From: a virus
Lineage: Duplodnaviria; Heunggongvirae; Uroviricota; Caudoviricetes
Length of the DNA: 64,000 bases
IMG/VR virus record: IMGVR_UViG_3300028887_000082
Reading direction: 5' to 3' (one strand)
The notes beneath the pieces are model-generated. The model searched no databases. It was not told the DNA's origin and saw only the letters and a list, made by a program, of their open reading frames with translations. Each line of letters starts with the position of its first letter. The first letter of the stretch is position 1. Of this stretch, positions 1 to 7,220 are shown in pieces. Both the position numbers and the translations under genes were made by a program.

Positions 1-12
1 AAGTAATATTCT

Positions 13-94
13 GGGAGTGTCGCATAGTGGCAATTGCAAGGGTCTGTAACACCCTCGCCTTCGGGCTTCGGAGGTTCGAGTCCTCCCGCTCCCA
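13..94 (+). tRNA. tRNA-Tyr (anticodon GTA), type II
   Basis: Acceptor GGGAGTG/CGCTCCC (one G-U); anticodon stem AGGGT/ACCCT with loop CTGTAAC; long variable arm; T-arm GGAGG-TTCGAGT-CCTCC; discriminator A. Confidence 0.75.
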
Positions 95-110
95 CAAAAA
101 CTTTAAGGTT

Positions 111-443
111 ATGAAAAAGACAGTTAAGTTTTTCAAACAGGATGACAAATGGTATGCAGACATTCCAAACCACACACTGGATGAAAATGAGATGGTGATG
201 GGTTCTGATATTATGTTGGAGATGTTTGCGAACGGTGCGAAGGAACTCACATTAACATTGTCTGATGATGATATGTCTGATGCATTCATAACATTGAGAA
301 GAAAGGAACATGATGAGGATGGTGCCTGGTACACAGTGTTCGGGACAGACTTTGAGGATGTTTGGATATGTAATGTGACACATGATGTCTTCGGTGAACA
401 CCCTGAATGTATCTACATCAGTAAGATAACTCAACATAAATAA
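111..443 (+). CDS. hypothetical protein (110 aa) embedded in tRNA array
   Basis: ORF 27..443 trimmed to the first ATG (MKKTVKFF...), because its upstream part overlaps tRNA-Tyr. Confidence 0.45.
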   Translation: MKKTVKFFKQDDKWYADIPNHTLDENEMVMGSDIMLEMFANGAKELTLTLSDDDMSDAFITLRRKEHDEDGAWYTVFGTDFEDVWICNVTHDVFGEHPECIYISKITQHK

Positions 444-530
444 GGGGATGTGCTGAAACTGGCAGCCAGGCCAGACTTAGGATCTGGTGTCCGGAAGGAC
501 GTATGGGTTCGAGTCCCTTCATCCCTACCA
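444..530 (+). tRNA. tRNA-Leu (anticodon TAG), type II, CCA encoded
   Basis: Acceptor GGGGATG/CATCCCT; anticodon stem CCAGA/TCTGG with loop CTTAGGA; long variable arm; T-arm TGGGTTCGAGTCCC; ends ACCA. Confidence 0.75.
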
Positions 531-607
531 CAGTCTTTCGGGACTTTAAAGAGTTGTAGAAATACAATCCATCGAGGTCAGTCCAGAACCAGTTAATCTG
601 GACATTT

Positions 608-680
608 GCGGCAGTGGCGGAATGGTAGACGCGCCACTTTGAGGGGGTGGTCCGGGCAACCGGGTATGGGTTCGAGTCCC
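608..680 (+). tRNA. tRNA-Leu (anticodon GAG; Ser/TGA reading not excluded), type II
   Basis: Acceptor GCGGCAG/CTGCCGC perfect 7 bp; Leu-type D-loop AATGGTAGA; anticodon stem CCACT/GGTGG with loop TTGAGGG; long variable arm TCCGGGCAACCGGGT; T-arm ATGGG-TTCGAGT-CCCAT. Confidence 0.65.
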
Positions 681-791
681 ATCTGCCGCACAATAAAAAG
701 GGTGGGCCAATCGGAATAAGGCAGGGTAAGTCTCCGGTTCTTCTTTGATGAGGGTGCACCAGTAATCAAAGTTTCTTAAATTACCCAACCC

Positions 792-865
792 GGGCAAGTA
801 ACTCAGTTGGTTAGAGTACCACTCTGATACAGTGGTGGTCGTAGGTTCGAGTCCTACCTTGCCCA
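792..865 (+). tRNA. tRNA-Ile (anticodon GAT)
   Basis: Acceptor GGGCAAG/CTTGCCC perfect; D-arm ACTCAGTTGGTTAGAGT; anticodon stem CCACT/AGTGG with loop CTGATAC; T-arm GTAGG-TTCGAGT-CCTAC. Confidence 0.85.
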
Positions 866-873
866 CAACAAAT

Positions 874-948
874 GCCCCTATCATACTAATAGGTTTAGGT
901 GGCCACCCTCTCAAGGTGGAGATACGGGTTCGAATCCCGTTGGGGGTA
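874..948 (+). tRNA. tRNA-like, possibly tRNA-Glu (anticodon CTC); weak D-arm, possible pseudogene
   Basis: Acceptor GCCCCTA/TGGGGGT pairs only with two G-U pairs; anticodon stem CCACC/GGTGG with loop CTCTCAA; canonical T-arm ACGGG-TTCGAAT-CCCGT; no convincing D-stem. Confidence 0.45.
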
Positions 949-967
949 CAAAAAATATTCAAAAATA

Positions 968-999
968 TTTGGTAGTTTCAAATTTTTTTGTTATCTTTG
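968..999 (+). promoter_or_regulatory. Bacteroidota-type promoter (-33 TTTGG, 20 nt, -7 TATCTTTG)
   Basis: AATATTTGGTAGT ... TATCTTTG; same architecture recurs before many genes in this window. Confidence 0.5.
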
Positions 1000-1169
1000 T
1001 ACTGTAAGTTCATTGAAATATTGATGCACATATAGGAACAACAAGATGGGGTACCTATAAGTCTCACATAAGGATTCTAGATTGAGGGGGTGTGAGAGAA
1101 GGGTACAAATAATGTTAAAGAGGATTCCCGACCCTTAATAGGAGGAGAAAAGCGCTCTCTCCGATCCTC

Positions 1170-1204
1170 TGACAACAGTGACTACGGAAATCTGTTGTGT
1201 TCTT
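1170..1204 (+). ncRNA. hairpin with conserved loop TGACTACGGAAAT (stem ACAACAG/CTGTTGT)
   Basis: 7-bp stem around a 13-nt loop, 4 nt upstream of tRNA-Leu(CAA); the same loop recurs at 1426-1448 with a different stem. Confidence 0.45.
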
Positions 1205-1207
1205 TAT

Positions 1208-1280
1208 GCCCAGGTGGGGGAATGGTAGACCCAGCTGTCTCAAAAGCAGCCGACCATCCGGTCATGTGAGTTCGAGTCTC
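1208..1280 (+). tRNA. tRNA-Leu (anticodon CAA), type II
   Basis: Acceptor GCCCAGG/CCTGGGC perfect; D-loop AATGGTAGA; anticodon stem GCTGT/GCAGC with loop CTCAAAA; long variable arm; T-arm GTGAG-TTCGAGT-CTCAC. Confidence 0.85.
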
Positions 1281-1425
1281 ACCCTGGGCACTTTGATGAA
1301 AATCCTAGGTGGGTGGTATCTATAGCAGACTCCTTTAAAATGGGGAAGGAGGAAAGATACCGAATACTGGACAGGTGGTTTCGTCTAGCATCCTGGTGAG
1401 GGGGAATGTCCTCACAAGACCACTT

Positions 1426-1462
1426 GAGAATGGTGACTACGGAATTCCATTTGTTTTCATTT
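1426..1462 (+). ncRNA. hairpin with conserved loop TGACTACGGAATT (stem AATGG/CCATT) plus T-rich tail
   Basis: Second copy of the TGACTACGGAA loop with a compensatory stem; followed by TTGTTTTCATTTTTTAT, so terminator-like. Confidence 0.4.
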
Positions 1463-1837
1463 TTTATGGTGGGGTTATCAAACTTAACCACCCGCATCCT
1501 TGAAGAGAATGTGTTGCCGAGCCGTGTCAAGTTTATCTTGTATCCGGAGGAGTGAAACTTCCAAGTTGACAGGTTATTGCACTCGCCTGTCAATTATTAC
1601 TGAACCCACCAGTAAGACTGTTAAGCAGTATATCAGTATGGTACATGGGAGTTGTGCATGAGCTGGCTGAAGAGTAGTTTCCGGATATGGTGTTGAAACC
1701 CGGGGAAAATGAAAAGTAAGTCAATAGCAATAGGGAACCGGTGGAGTTACTGTGACTTTGTAATTTTGTCCATTACAGAACCGGGGAAATAATGGAACAC
1801 CAATGTGGCTAAAATGGTAGGGATTCACAAAAATCAG

Positions 1838-1898
1838 TGAAGGTGGCCACACACCTGGACAATCACTGATTACGAAAATTATTTTTTATAAATATATA
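1838..1898 (+). terminator. stem-loop (ATCAGTGA...TCACTGAT) followed by T-rich run, upstream of tRNA-Glu
   Basis: 8-bp stem with a structured 21-nt loop, then TACGAAAATTATTTTTTAT. Confidence 0.4.
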
Positions 1899-1904
1899 AC
1901 AGTT

Positions 1905-1976
1905 GGCGCCCTCGTCTATCGGTTAGGACACGAGATTTTCATTCTCGGAAGAGGGGTTCGATTCCCCTGGGCGCTA
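1905..1976 (+). tRNA. tRNA-Glu (anticodon TTC)
   Basis: Acceptor GGCGCCC/GGGCGCT (G-U at 1:72); D-stem GTCT/GGAC; anticodon stem CGAGA/TCTCG with loop TTTTCAT; T-arm AGGGG-TTCGATT-CCCCT. Confidence 0.8.
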
Positions 1977-2037
1977 CTAATCAACCGGAAGGTTGTTTAC
2001 TATCCAGTCAATAATTCATGAATAAACCTGGGTAGAG

Positions 2038-2111
2038 GTCTGATAGCTCAGATGGTGAGAGTACCACACTGATACTGTGGAGGTCACAAGTTCAAGTCTT
2101 GTTCAGACTAC
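2038..2111 (+). tRNA. tRNA-Ile (anticodon GAT), second copy with imperfect acceptor stem (possible pseudogene)
   Basis: D-arm TAGCTCAGATGGTGAGAGT; anticodon stem CCACA/TGTGG with loop CTGATAC; T-arm ACAAG-TTCAAGT-CTTGT; acceptor GTCCTGA/TCAGACT has two mismatches. Confidence 0.5.
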
Positions 2112-2225
2112 GAAACATATCGCGGGGGAGTGAAACGGATAAGAACATCCCACAAGTTTGTTCAAAGATCATTACAGGCTCATAACCTGTAGATACTGGC
2201 TTCGACTGCCAGACCCGCAACAAAG

Positions 2226-2379
2226 ACCTTTATGAAGCAAGTGGAATTCGGTATTTCAACCTATGCAAGTTATCAGAGTCAGTGTACAATGAATCTGAAG
2301 AACAGTATAAAAGTCAATACTGATAAGTCTTCTGTGGAAATTCAAGCCCAGTTGTCCTGGTTCGAGCCCAGGTAAAGGT
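2226..2379 (+). ncRNA. elongated tRNA-like gene (154 nt) with ~75-nt internal insertion
   Basis: Perfect 7-bp acceptor ACCTTTA...TAAAGGT flanks a canonical T-arm CCTGG-TTCGAGC-CCAGG; TG follows the 5' acceptor strand as in neighbouring tRNAs; internal part not foldable by eye. Confidence 0.4.
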
Positions 2380-2555
2380 CCATATACAACAAAAAACAAC
2401 AAACATGGCAACAGTTAAAAACACATCATTCTCAAGAAGAGAAGTCAAGCATAAGAAACGCCCTGGAATCATTTCCAAGTGTAAGTCTTCAAAGAACAAG
2501 ACATCAAAACACTATGTGAAACCATACAGAGGTCAGGGCAGACCATAAAAACCTT

Positions 2556-2637
2556 CGGGGTGTAACCGGTAGTTGGTTTCCGACCAGTTTTGGGAACTGG
2601 GCCGCAAGGCGCGCAGGTTCGAGTCCTGTTACCCCGA
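2556..2637 (+). tRNA. tRNA-like, probable tRNA-Pro (anticodon TGG) with unusually long variable arm
   Basis: Acceptor CGGGGTG/TACCCCG; anticodon stem CCAGT/ACTGG with loop TTTGGGA (G37); 12-nt variable hairpin GCCGCAAGGCGC; T-arm GCAGG-TTCGAGT-CCTGT; D-stem only 3 bp. Confidence 0.5.
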
Positions 2638-2640
2638 CAA

Positions 2641-2822
2641 CACCTGGTGGACAAATGGTAAAGTCGCCCTATTGGGTAGGGAGGTGTGTAATAGAAGTTT
2701 TCCGGCAGTGAGGAGTAATGGAGTCGCGATCCACCGAAGGCACGGGAACGAGAATAAGCACAGGCCTGGATGTATTCGCGATGCTGAAGGGTGAATGGGG
2801 GTTCAATTCCCCTTCGAGGTGA
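2641..2822 (+). ncRNA. elongated tRNA-like gene (182 nt) with ~110-nt insertion after the anticodon region
   Basis: 5' part CACCTGG-TG-GAC-AATGGTAAA-GTC with stem-loop CCCT-ATTGGGT-AGGG (TGG anticodon-like); 3' part GGGGG-TTCAATT-CCCCT then CGAGGTG, which pairs 6/7 with the 5' acceptor; insert contains two copies of TCGCGAT. Confidence 0.4.
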
Positions 2823-3129
2823 CAAAGATTGTTGTGGTGTTGCAGAACTTTAAAAGGAACAACACAGGTGTAGAGGGAAACTTTAATGGGTAATTTTTTT
2901 TACCAGCTAACCTTCAGAGACCTCACCAAGGATGATGCTTCATCATGGAGGGCACTCCAAGATGACAAAAAGATAGTTACAGTGAGAGTCTTATTGAGAA
3001 CTGTTCGACCCAGGAGGAGTGATGTTTTAGAGCATGTTTGACTGTACGGGGATAAACGGTGGCGACCGGTGAGTTTTTCTGGGCACTTCTCAGAACAAAA
3101 ACAAAGAAAATTAACAAAACAGTCTTTAA

Positions 3130-3204
3130 GGGTGTTTAGCGCAGCTGGTTCAGAGCATCTCGTTTACACCGAGAAGGTCGGGGGTTCGAATCCCTCATCA
3201 CCCA
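3130..3204 (+). tRNA. tRNA-Val (anticodon TAC)
   Basis: Acceptor GGGTGTT/ATCACCC (one mismatch); D-arm TAGCGCAGCTGGTTCAGAGC; anticodon stem TCTCG/CGAGA with loop TTTACAC; T-arm GGGGG-TTCGAAT-CCCTC. Confidence 0.75.
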
Positions 3205-3342
3205 CAAAGAGATACTTGAAGAAGCTACGGGTGTAAGATACTAGTAAAGATTACACATAGGGGCCTACCATATTGTAGTTTATGTGTTCTAAAACATCAA
3301 GTAACAACATAGAGGACTTCGAATTAATCTATGGCTCTTAAT

Positions 3343-3414
3343 GCCGATGTAGCTCAGTGGCAGAGCAGGGGTTTTGTAAACCTCAGGTCGAGATCTCGGT
3401 ATTCTCCATCGGCT
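3343..3414 (+). tRNA. tRNA-Thr (anticodon TGT) with non-canonical T-loop
   Basis: Acceptor GCCGATG/CATCGGC perfect; D-arm TAGCTCAGTGGCAGAGC; anticodon stem GGGGT/ACCTC with loop TTTGTAA; T-arm GAGAT-CTCGGTA-TTCTC (4 bp, unusual loop). Confidence 0.65.
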
Positions 3415-3472
3415 CAAAATTATTGAACTTGAACTTTCATAAATACTTTATAAGGATTATAAAAGTTCAACT

Positions 3473-4066
3473 ATGACAAACTGGGAAGATAGAAAAGATA
3501 CCCTGGTAGATTTGATACAGGTTCAGAAATTACCATATGAACAGATTGGTAGAATGTTCAATTGTTCAGGTAATAACATCAAGAAAGTTGCAAAAAAACT
3601 TGGTATTGAATTAGTCCAGAAAAGAAAGATAAATGAAAGTGAAACTTTCAATAAAGGAAAAGGTAATAAGGGTATCTGTTTAAACTGTGGATGTGAATAT
3701 AACATTTACAGGTCTTCAAAAGGAAAGTTCTGCTCAAACAAATGTCAGGGAGAGTATGAATATAAAGAGTTCATTGAAAAATGGAAAAAGGGTGAAGAAT
3801 CTGGATTGACAGGAGAATATGGAATTTCTCGTCACATAAGGAGATACCTTTTTAATAAGTACAAATGTAGTTGTCAAATTTGTGGATGGAGTGAAGTAAA
3901 TCCATTTACTGGTAATGTTCCTTTGGAAATTCATCATATAGATGGCAATTACGTAAATAATAAAGAGGAAAATTTACAACTCCTTTGTCCAAATCATCAC
4001 TCACTGACTGAAACCTTTAAGAACCATAATAAAAATGGTAGAAAAGGTAGAAGGAAGTACAATTGA
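3473..4066 (+). CDS. HNH homing-type endonuclease (free-standing, inside tRNA array)
   Basis: C-terminal HNH motif ...EIHHIDGNYVNNKEENLQLLCPNHH; Cys-rich Zn-binding stretches CLNCGCEY...CSNKCQ and CQICGW; N-terminal HTH-like segment. Confidence 0.85.
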   Translation: MTNWEDRKDTLVDLIQVQKLPYEQIGRMFNCSGNNIKKVAKKLGIELVQKRKINESETFNKGKGNKGICLNCGCEYNIYRSSKGKFCSNKCQGEYEYKEFIEKWKKGEESGLTGEYGISRHIRRYLFNKYKCSCQICGWSEVNPFTGNVPLEIHHIDGNYVNNKEENLQLLCPNHHSLTETFKNHNKNGRKGRRKYN

Positions 4067-4072
4067 TAATTT

Positions 4073-4227
4073 GCCCCAGTGGCTCAATGGTAGAGCAACG
4101 CACTTGTATAGATGGCGAAATTCCATTTTAAAAACTATGACTACATCAAAAGGCTCATAGGAGTGAGGGTTCGATTCCCTTATGTAGTCCAATGCGTAGG
4201 TTGCTGGTTCGATTCCGGCCTGGGGCT
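4073..4227 (+). tRNA. interrupted tRNA gene: 5' half + ~90-nt insertion in anticodon loop + 3' half; insertion contains a nested T-arm/acceptor minihelix
   Basis: Outer acceptor GCCCCAG...CTGGGGC perfect 7 bp; D-arm TGGCTCAATGGTAGAGC; anticodon stem ACGCA (4098-4102) pairs with TGCGT (4193-4197); T-arm GCTGG-TTCGATT-CCGGC; insert 4103-4192 begins CTTGTAT (TGT-like); nested ACTACAT...GAGGG-TTCGATT-CCCTT-ATGTAGT-CCA at 4140-4191. Confidence 0.6.
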
Positions 4228-4285
4228 CAAGAAAAAGGATTTTGGCCTGTTAGTTAAAATCCATATAAAATAAAAAGTCAAATTT

Positions 4286-4906
4286 ATGTCAAAATTAATG
4301 AAACCAGAAGAGAGGGATCAGCAGATCAAGGATTTGATGATTACCATTAGAAGGAACACACAGGGTTCCAAATGTATTGAGATCTTTGAAAATCTTTTGA
4401 ATGAGGTTGAGGACAAAGAGTTTGTTGATACTGTTATAGCAGACACTCACAAATTCATCTCTGAGTTCTCAAGACTATGTAAGGATGTGGACAATATGAA
4501 GAATCTGGATTATATCTCCAGAATCCTCACACATGAGTTCATACTTCCCCACAAGTATTTCCGTAAGTCACAGAATATGGCGAAGGTATACTTGCTGATG
4601 TATGACAGACTTGTGAAGATATATTCACATCCTGTATATGATGTTGAGAAAGGTATCATCCTTTCCAATGTCAACTTCCTGGGTACAATTCACCACAAGG
4701 AAGACCTCACTGCAAATGATGTGATTGCAGTGTTCAAGTATTTCGGTGACCTTTCAGGACTTTCCGTTGACCAGGTAAAGGAAAAGAAGGAAGAAGCCAG
4801 GATGGTCATCTTACTCTACAATTATCTGCCTGCCATAGTGAAGGCACTTATTCAGACCAAGAGGAGAAGCTTGAATCTTGACAAGAACTCCAAGAAGTTT
4901 GAATAA
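4286..4906 (+). CDS. hypothetical protein (206 aa)
   Basis: Long + strand ORF between the tRNA block and tRNA-Ala. Confidence 0.6.
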   Translation: MSKLMKPEERDQQIKDLMITIRRNTQGSKCIEIFENLLNEVEDKEFVDTVIADTHKFISEFSRLCKDVDNMKNLDYISRILTHEFILPHKYFRKSQNMAKVYLLMYDRLVKIYSHPVYDVEKGIILSNVNFLGTIHHKEDLTANDVIAVFKYFGDLSGLSVDQVKEKKEEARMVILLYNYLPAIVKALIQTKRRSLNLDKNSKKFE

Positions 4907-4934
4907 ATAACAGAACTAACAGGCTGGAATCTTT

Positions 4935-5001
4935 GGGGGATTAGCTCAGCTGACTAGAGCACCTGATTTGCACTCAGGAGGTCATGGGTTTGAATCCCAT
5001 A
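4935..5001 (+). tRNA. tRNA-Ala (anticodon TGC), CCA encoded
   Basis: Acceptor GGGGGAT/ATCCTCC (G-U at 4:69); D-arm TAGCTCAGCTGACTAGAGC; anticodon stem CCTGA/TCAGG with loop TTTGCAC; T-arm ATGGG-TTTGAAT-CCCAT; ends ACCA. Confidence 0.8.
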
Positions 5002-5043
5002 TCCTCCACCAAAAAAGGACAATTATTTGCTGGGATACTGTGA

Positions 5044-6132
5044 GTGTCCCTTTTTTATTCAATGAAAAGAATATTTATATTCATTGTATTTTTATTCCTT
5101 GGTATGACATCACTGCAATCGCAGAATGTCGTATCATCTACTGTTGAGTTTTTATTCAACACAGATGAGTTTGTACAGAATGAGAAATATGACAATTTCA
5201 TAAACACAATTGTACCTTATATCAACAGCAACAAGGATAATATTGAGAGTATCCTGTTGGTGGGATCTGCATCCCCAGAAGGAAACAAGGAATGGAATGA
5301 CTACCTTGCTGTCACCAGGGCCGAAAAGGTACACTCATATTTTATGGACAGTATTCCAAGACAGAAGGTCAATGTCATCAATGACTATGACCTATTCCTG
5401 GAAAAGACAGGTTATGATGAGAAGAACTGGAAAAGGTTGAGGGCAACTTATATTGAAATCCAACTCAAAAAAGCACCTGAAACCATAACCCTGTTTGACA
5501 CCATATATATAAAGGAGATGGATACAATCTACCAGTGCTGTGGCACTGATACTGTATATATCAAACAGGAACCGGAAAGGATACCTCTTCTTGCAGTAAA
5601 GACAAATCTCCTTTCTGATGTTCTCATCACCCCCAGTATTCAAGCTGAACTCTACACACATCTCTGGGGACTCTCACTTGAATTTGACTACACATTCCCC
5701 TGGTATCACAATGATGATGTATATTGGTATTACCAGATCCTCAATGGTACTGTTGGAATAAGGAAGTACTTGAACAATGAGTACTATGGTCATTACTTTG
5801 GAATATATGGAAACACTTTCACATATGACATCTGTTTTGATGCAGATAATGGATACCAGGGTGAGGGTAATGGAATCAGTATAGGTTATGGATATGTGTT
5901 CAGGAGTAAGAAACATCCCAAACTGAAGTTTGAACCTTATGTCAGGTTGGGTTATCTGTATTCAAGATTTGACACATATCATGCCTCTAATCCCTGGGAT
6001 GGAAAGTATTACTACAACTGGCATAAGAAGGCCAGTGAATTTACTCCCAGGAGACTTGAACTTAATTATTTCGGACCTACTGCAATAGGTTTCAATATAA
6101 CATACGACTTGATATGGTTAAGAAAGTATTAG
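5044..6132 (+). CDS. secreted outer-membrane beta-barrel-like protein (DUF3575-like, OmpA-like segment)
   Basis: Signal peptide MKRIFIFIVFLFLGMTSLQSQ; segment AVKTNLLSDVLITPSIQAE resembles the DUF3575 core found beside Bacteroidales fimbrillin genes; GSASPEGNKEWNDYLAVTRAEKV is OmpA-C-like; aromatic C-terminus. Confidence 0.5.
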   Translation: MSLFYSMKRIFIFIVFLFLGMTSLQSQNVVSSTVEFLFNTDEFVQNEKYDNFINTIVPYINSNKDNIESILLVGSASPEGNKEWNDYLAVTRAEKVHSYFMDSIPRQKVNVINDYDLFLEKTGYDEKNWKRLRATYIEIQLKKAPETITLFDTIYIKEMDTIYQCCGTDTVYIKQEPERIPLLAVKTNLLSDVLITPSIQAELYTHLWGLSLEFDYTFPWYHNDDVYWYYQILNGTVGIRKYLNNEYYGHYFGIYGNTFTYDICFDADNGYQGEGNGISIGYGYVFRSKKHPKLKFEPYVRLGYLYSRFDTYHASNPWDGKYYYNWHKKASEFTPRRLELNYFGPTAIGFNITYDLIWLRKY

Positions 6133-7178
6133 TTTTTATTGTTTCACTGTTGTTAGTTTTTTCTGCTTGTGATAAGAAACCTCTATATCTTCAGGGTGAT
6201 GCAGCAGTCACCGTTAATGTACAGACTCAGGTATCAATAGAAGCATATTGGAATACAAACATTCAAAGTACATTAAGATATGACTGGGACACCACTTTGT
6301 ATGGACCAATAGGTTATTCAAAGGTGGATAATGTTGACCTTGTGATATTCAACAACAAAAAGATAATAGAAAGGAAGACATTAAACACAGGAAAACGTCA
6401 ACTGATAGATATTGAATTAGGTAATACATATGACTTTTTGATTTTCAATAAAACAGAAAACACCGAGGATTTTTATATAGACAACAAGTTTTTAATAAGT
6501 ACAACCACTCCTGGTACAAAGTCTGTTGTTGAAGATGTATATTATGATTTGACAAACCAACCTGGTGAGATATTTTGTGTTTATCAAAAGAATGTATTTT
6601 TGTCAGATGATTTGTCTCAATATAAAGAGGTATATGATCATGACAAGTTAATATATGTGTATGACATCAATACTGAATTAAAACCGGTATCATACATCTA
6701 CCTTATACAGTTTATTATTGTAAAGGATGACAGTTTGGATATTGATGTGAAAGGTATTCCGGAATACAGAATAACCGGTGTGAGTTCCTCAAAGAATCTT
6801 TTCACCAACACTCCTGTATATACCGGAAAGAAAGAAATCAGGTCAACTGACATCAAACCCCCACAGGTGGTAGAGGATAGTTTGATTTTTGCGTCAAAAT
6901 TCACTATATTGAACTTGGGTAGTGATGATGAACAAAGTTCATGGGAGACTCCTGATAATTATATATACAACTGTTTGATAAATATTGAGACTGAGAAATC
7001 AGGAAGTTTTAATGGAATTGTCAATATTACAGACCAACTTAAAAAACAACCACAAGGAGGAATAATAACAATAAGGATTAACAGTTCAACATTGAGAAGG
7101 AAGGATCAGGACAGTGGTGGAATTAATGTTGATGTTGAACCCTGGCAAGAGGAAGAGGTTCAAGAAATAGAAATATAA
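6114..7178 (+). CDS. lipoprotein (354 aa), pilus-accessory-like
   Basis: Lipobox MVKKVLVFIVSLLLVFSAC-DKK; beta-rich N/T/D-rich composition; sits between the DUF3575-like and fimbrillin-like genes. Confidence 0.55.
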   Translation: MVKKVLVFIVSLLLVFSACDKKPLYLQGDAAVTVNVQTQVSIEAYWNTNIQSTLRYDWDTTLYGPIGYSKVDNVDLVIFNNKKIIERKTLNTGKRQLIDIELGNTYDFLIFNKTENTEDFYIDNKFLISTTTPGTKSVVEDVYYDLTNQPGEIFCVYQKNVFLSDDLSQYKEVYDHDKLIYVYDINTELKPVSYIYLIQFIIVKDDSLDIDVKGIPEYRITGVSSSKNLFTNTPVYTGKKEIRSTDIKPPQVVEDSLIFASKFTILNLGSDDEQSSWETPDNYIYNCLINIETEKSGSFNGIVNITDQLKKQPQGGIITIRINSSTLRRKDQDSGGINVDVEPWQEEEVQEIEI

Positions 7179-7220
7179 TACATAAATAATACATAAATAA
7201 TAATAAAAAACTTAATTGAA

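Noticed and set aside
2290-2360. Possible hammerhead ribozyme in the 2226-2379 tRNA-like insert (CTGAAGA ... hairpin ... GAAA)
   Set aside because: The CUGANGA box, the stem II hairpin and GAAA are not contiguous as the hammerhead core requires (14 nt separate the hairpin and GAAA), so it is not claimed.
252-2825. Six-frame ORFs in the tRNA island (252..437-, 418..759-, 546..962-, 1279..1593-, 2314..2499-, 2469..2825-, 2573..2794+) and the N-terminal part of 27..443+
   Set aside because: They overlap well-formed tRNA genes or structured spacers, sit on the strand opposite to all neighbouring genes, and have no start context. They are artefacts of RNA-gene sequence.
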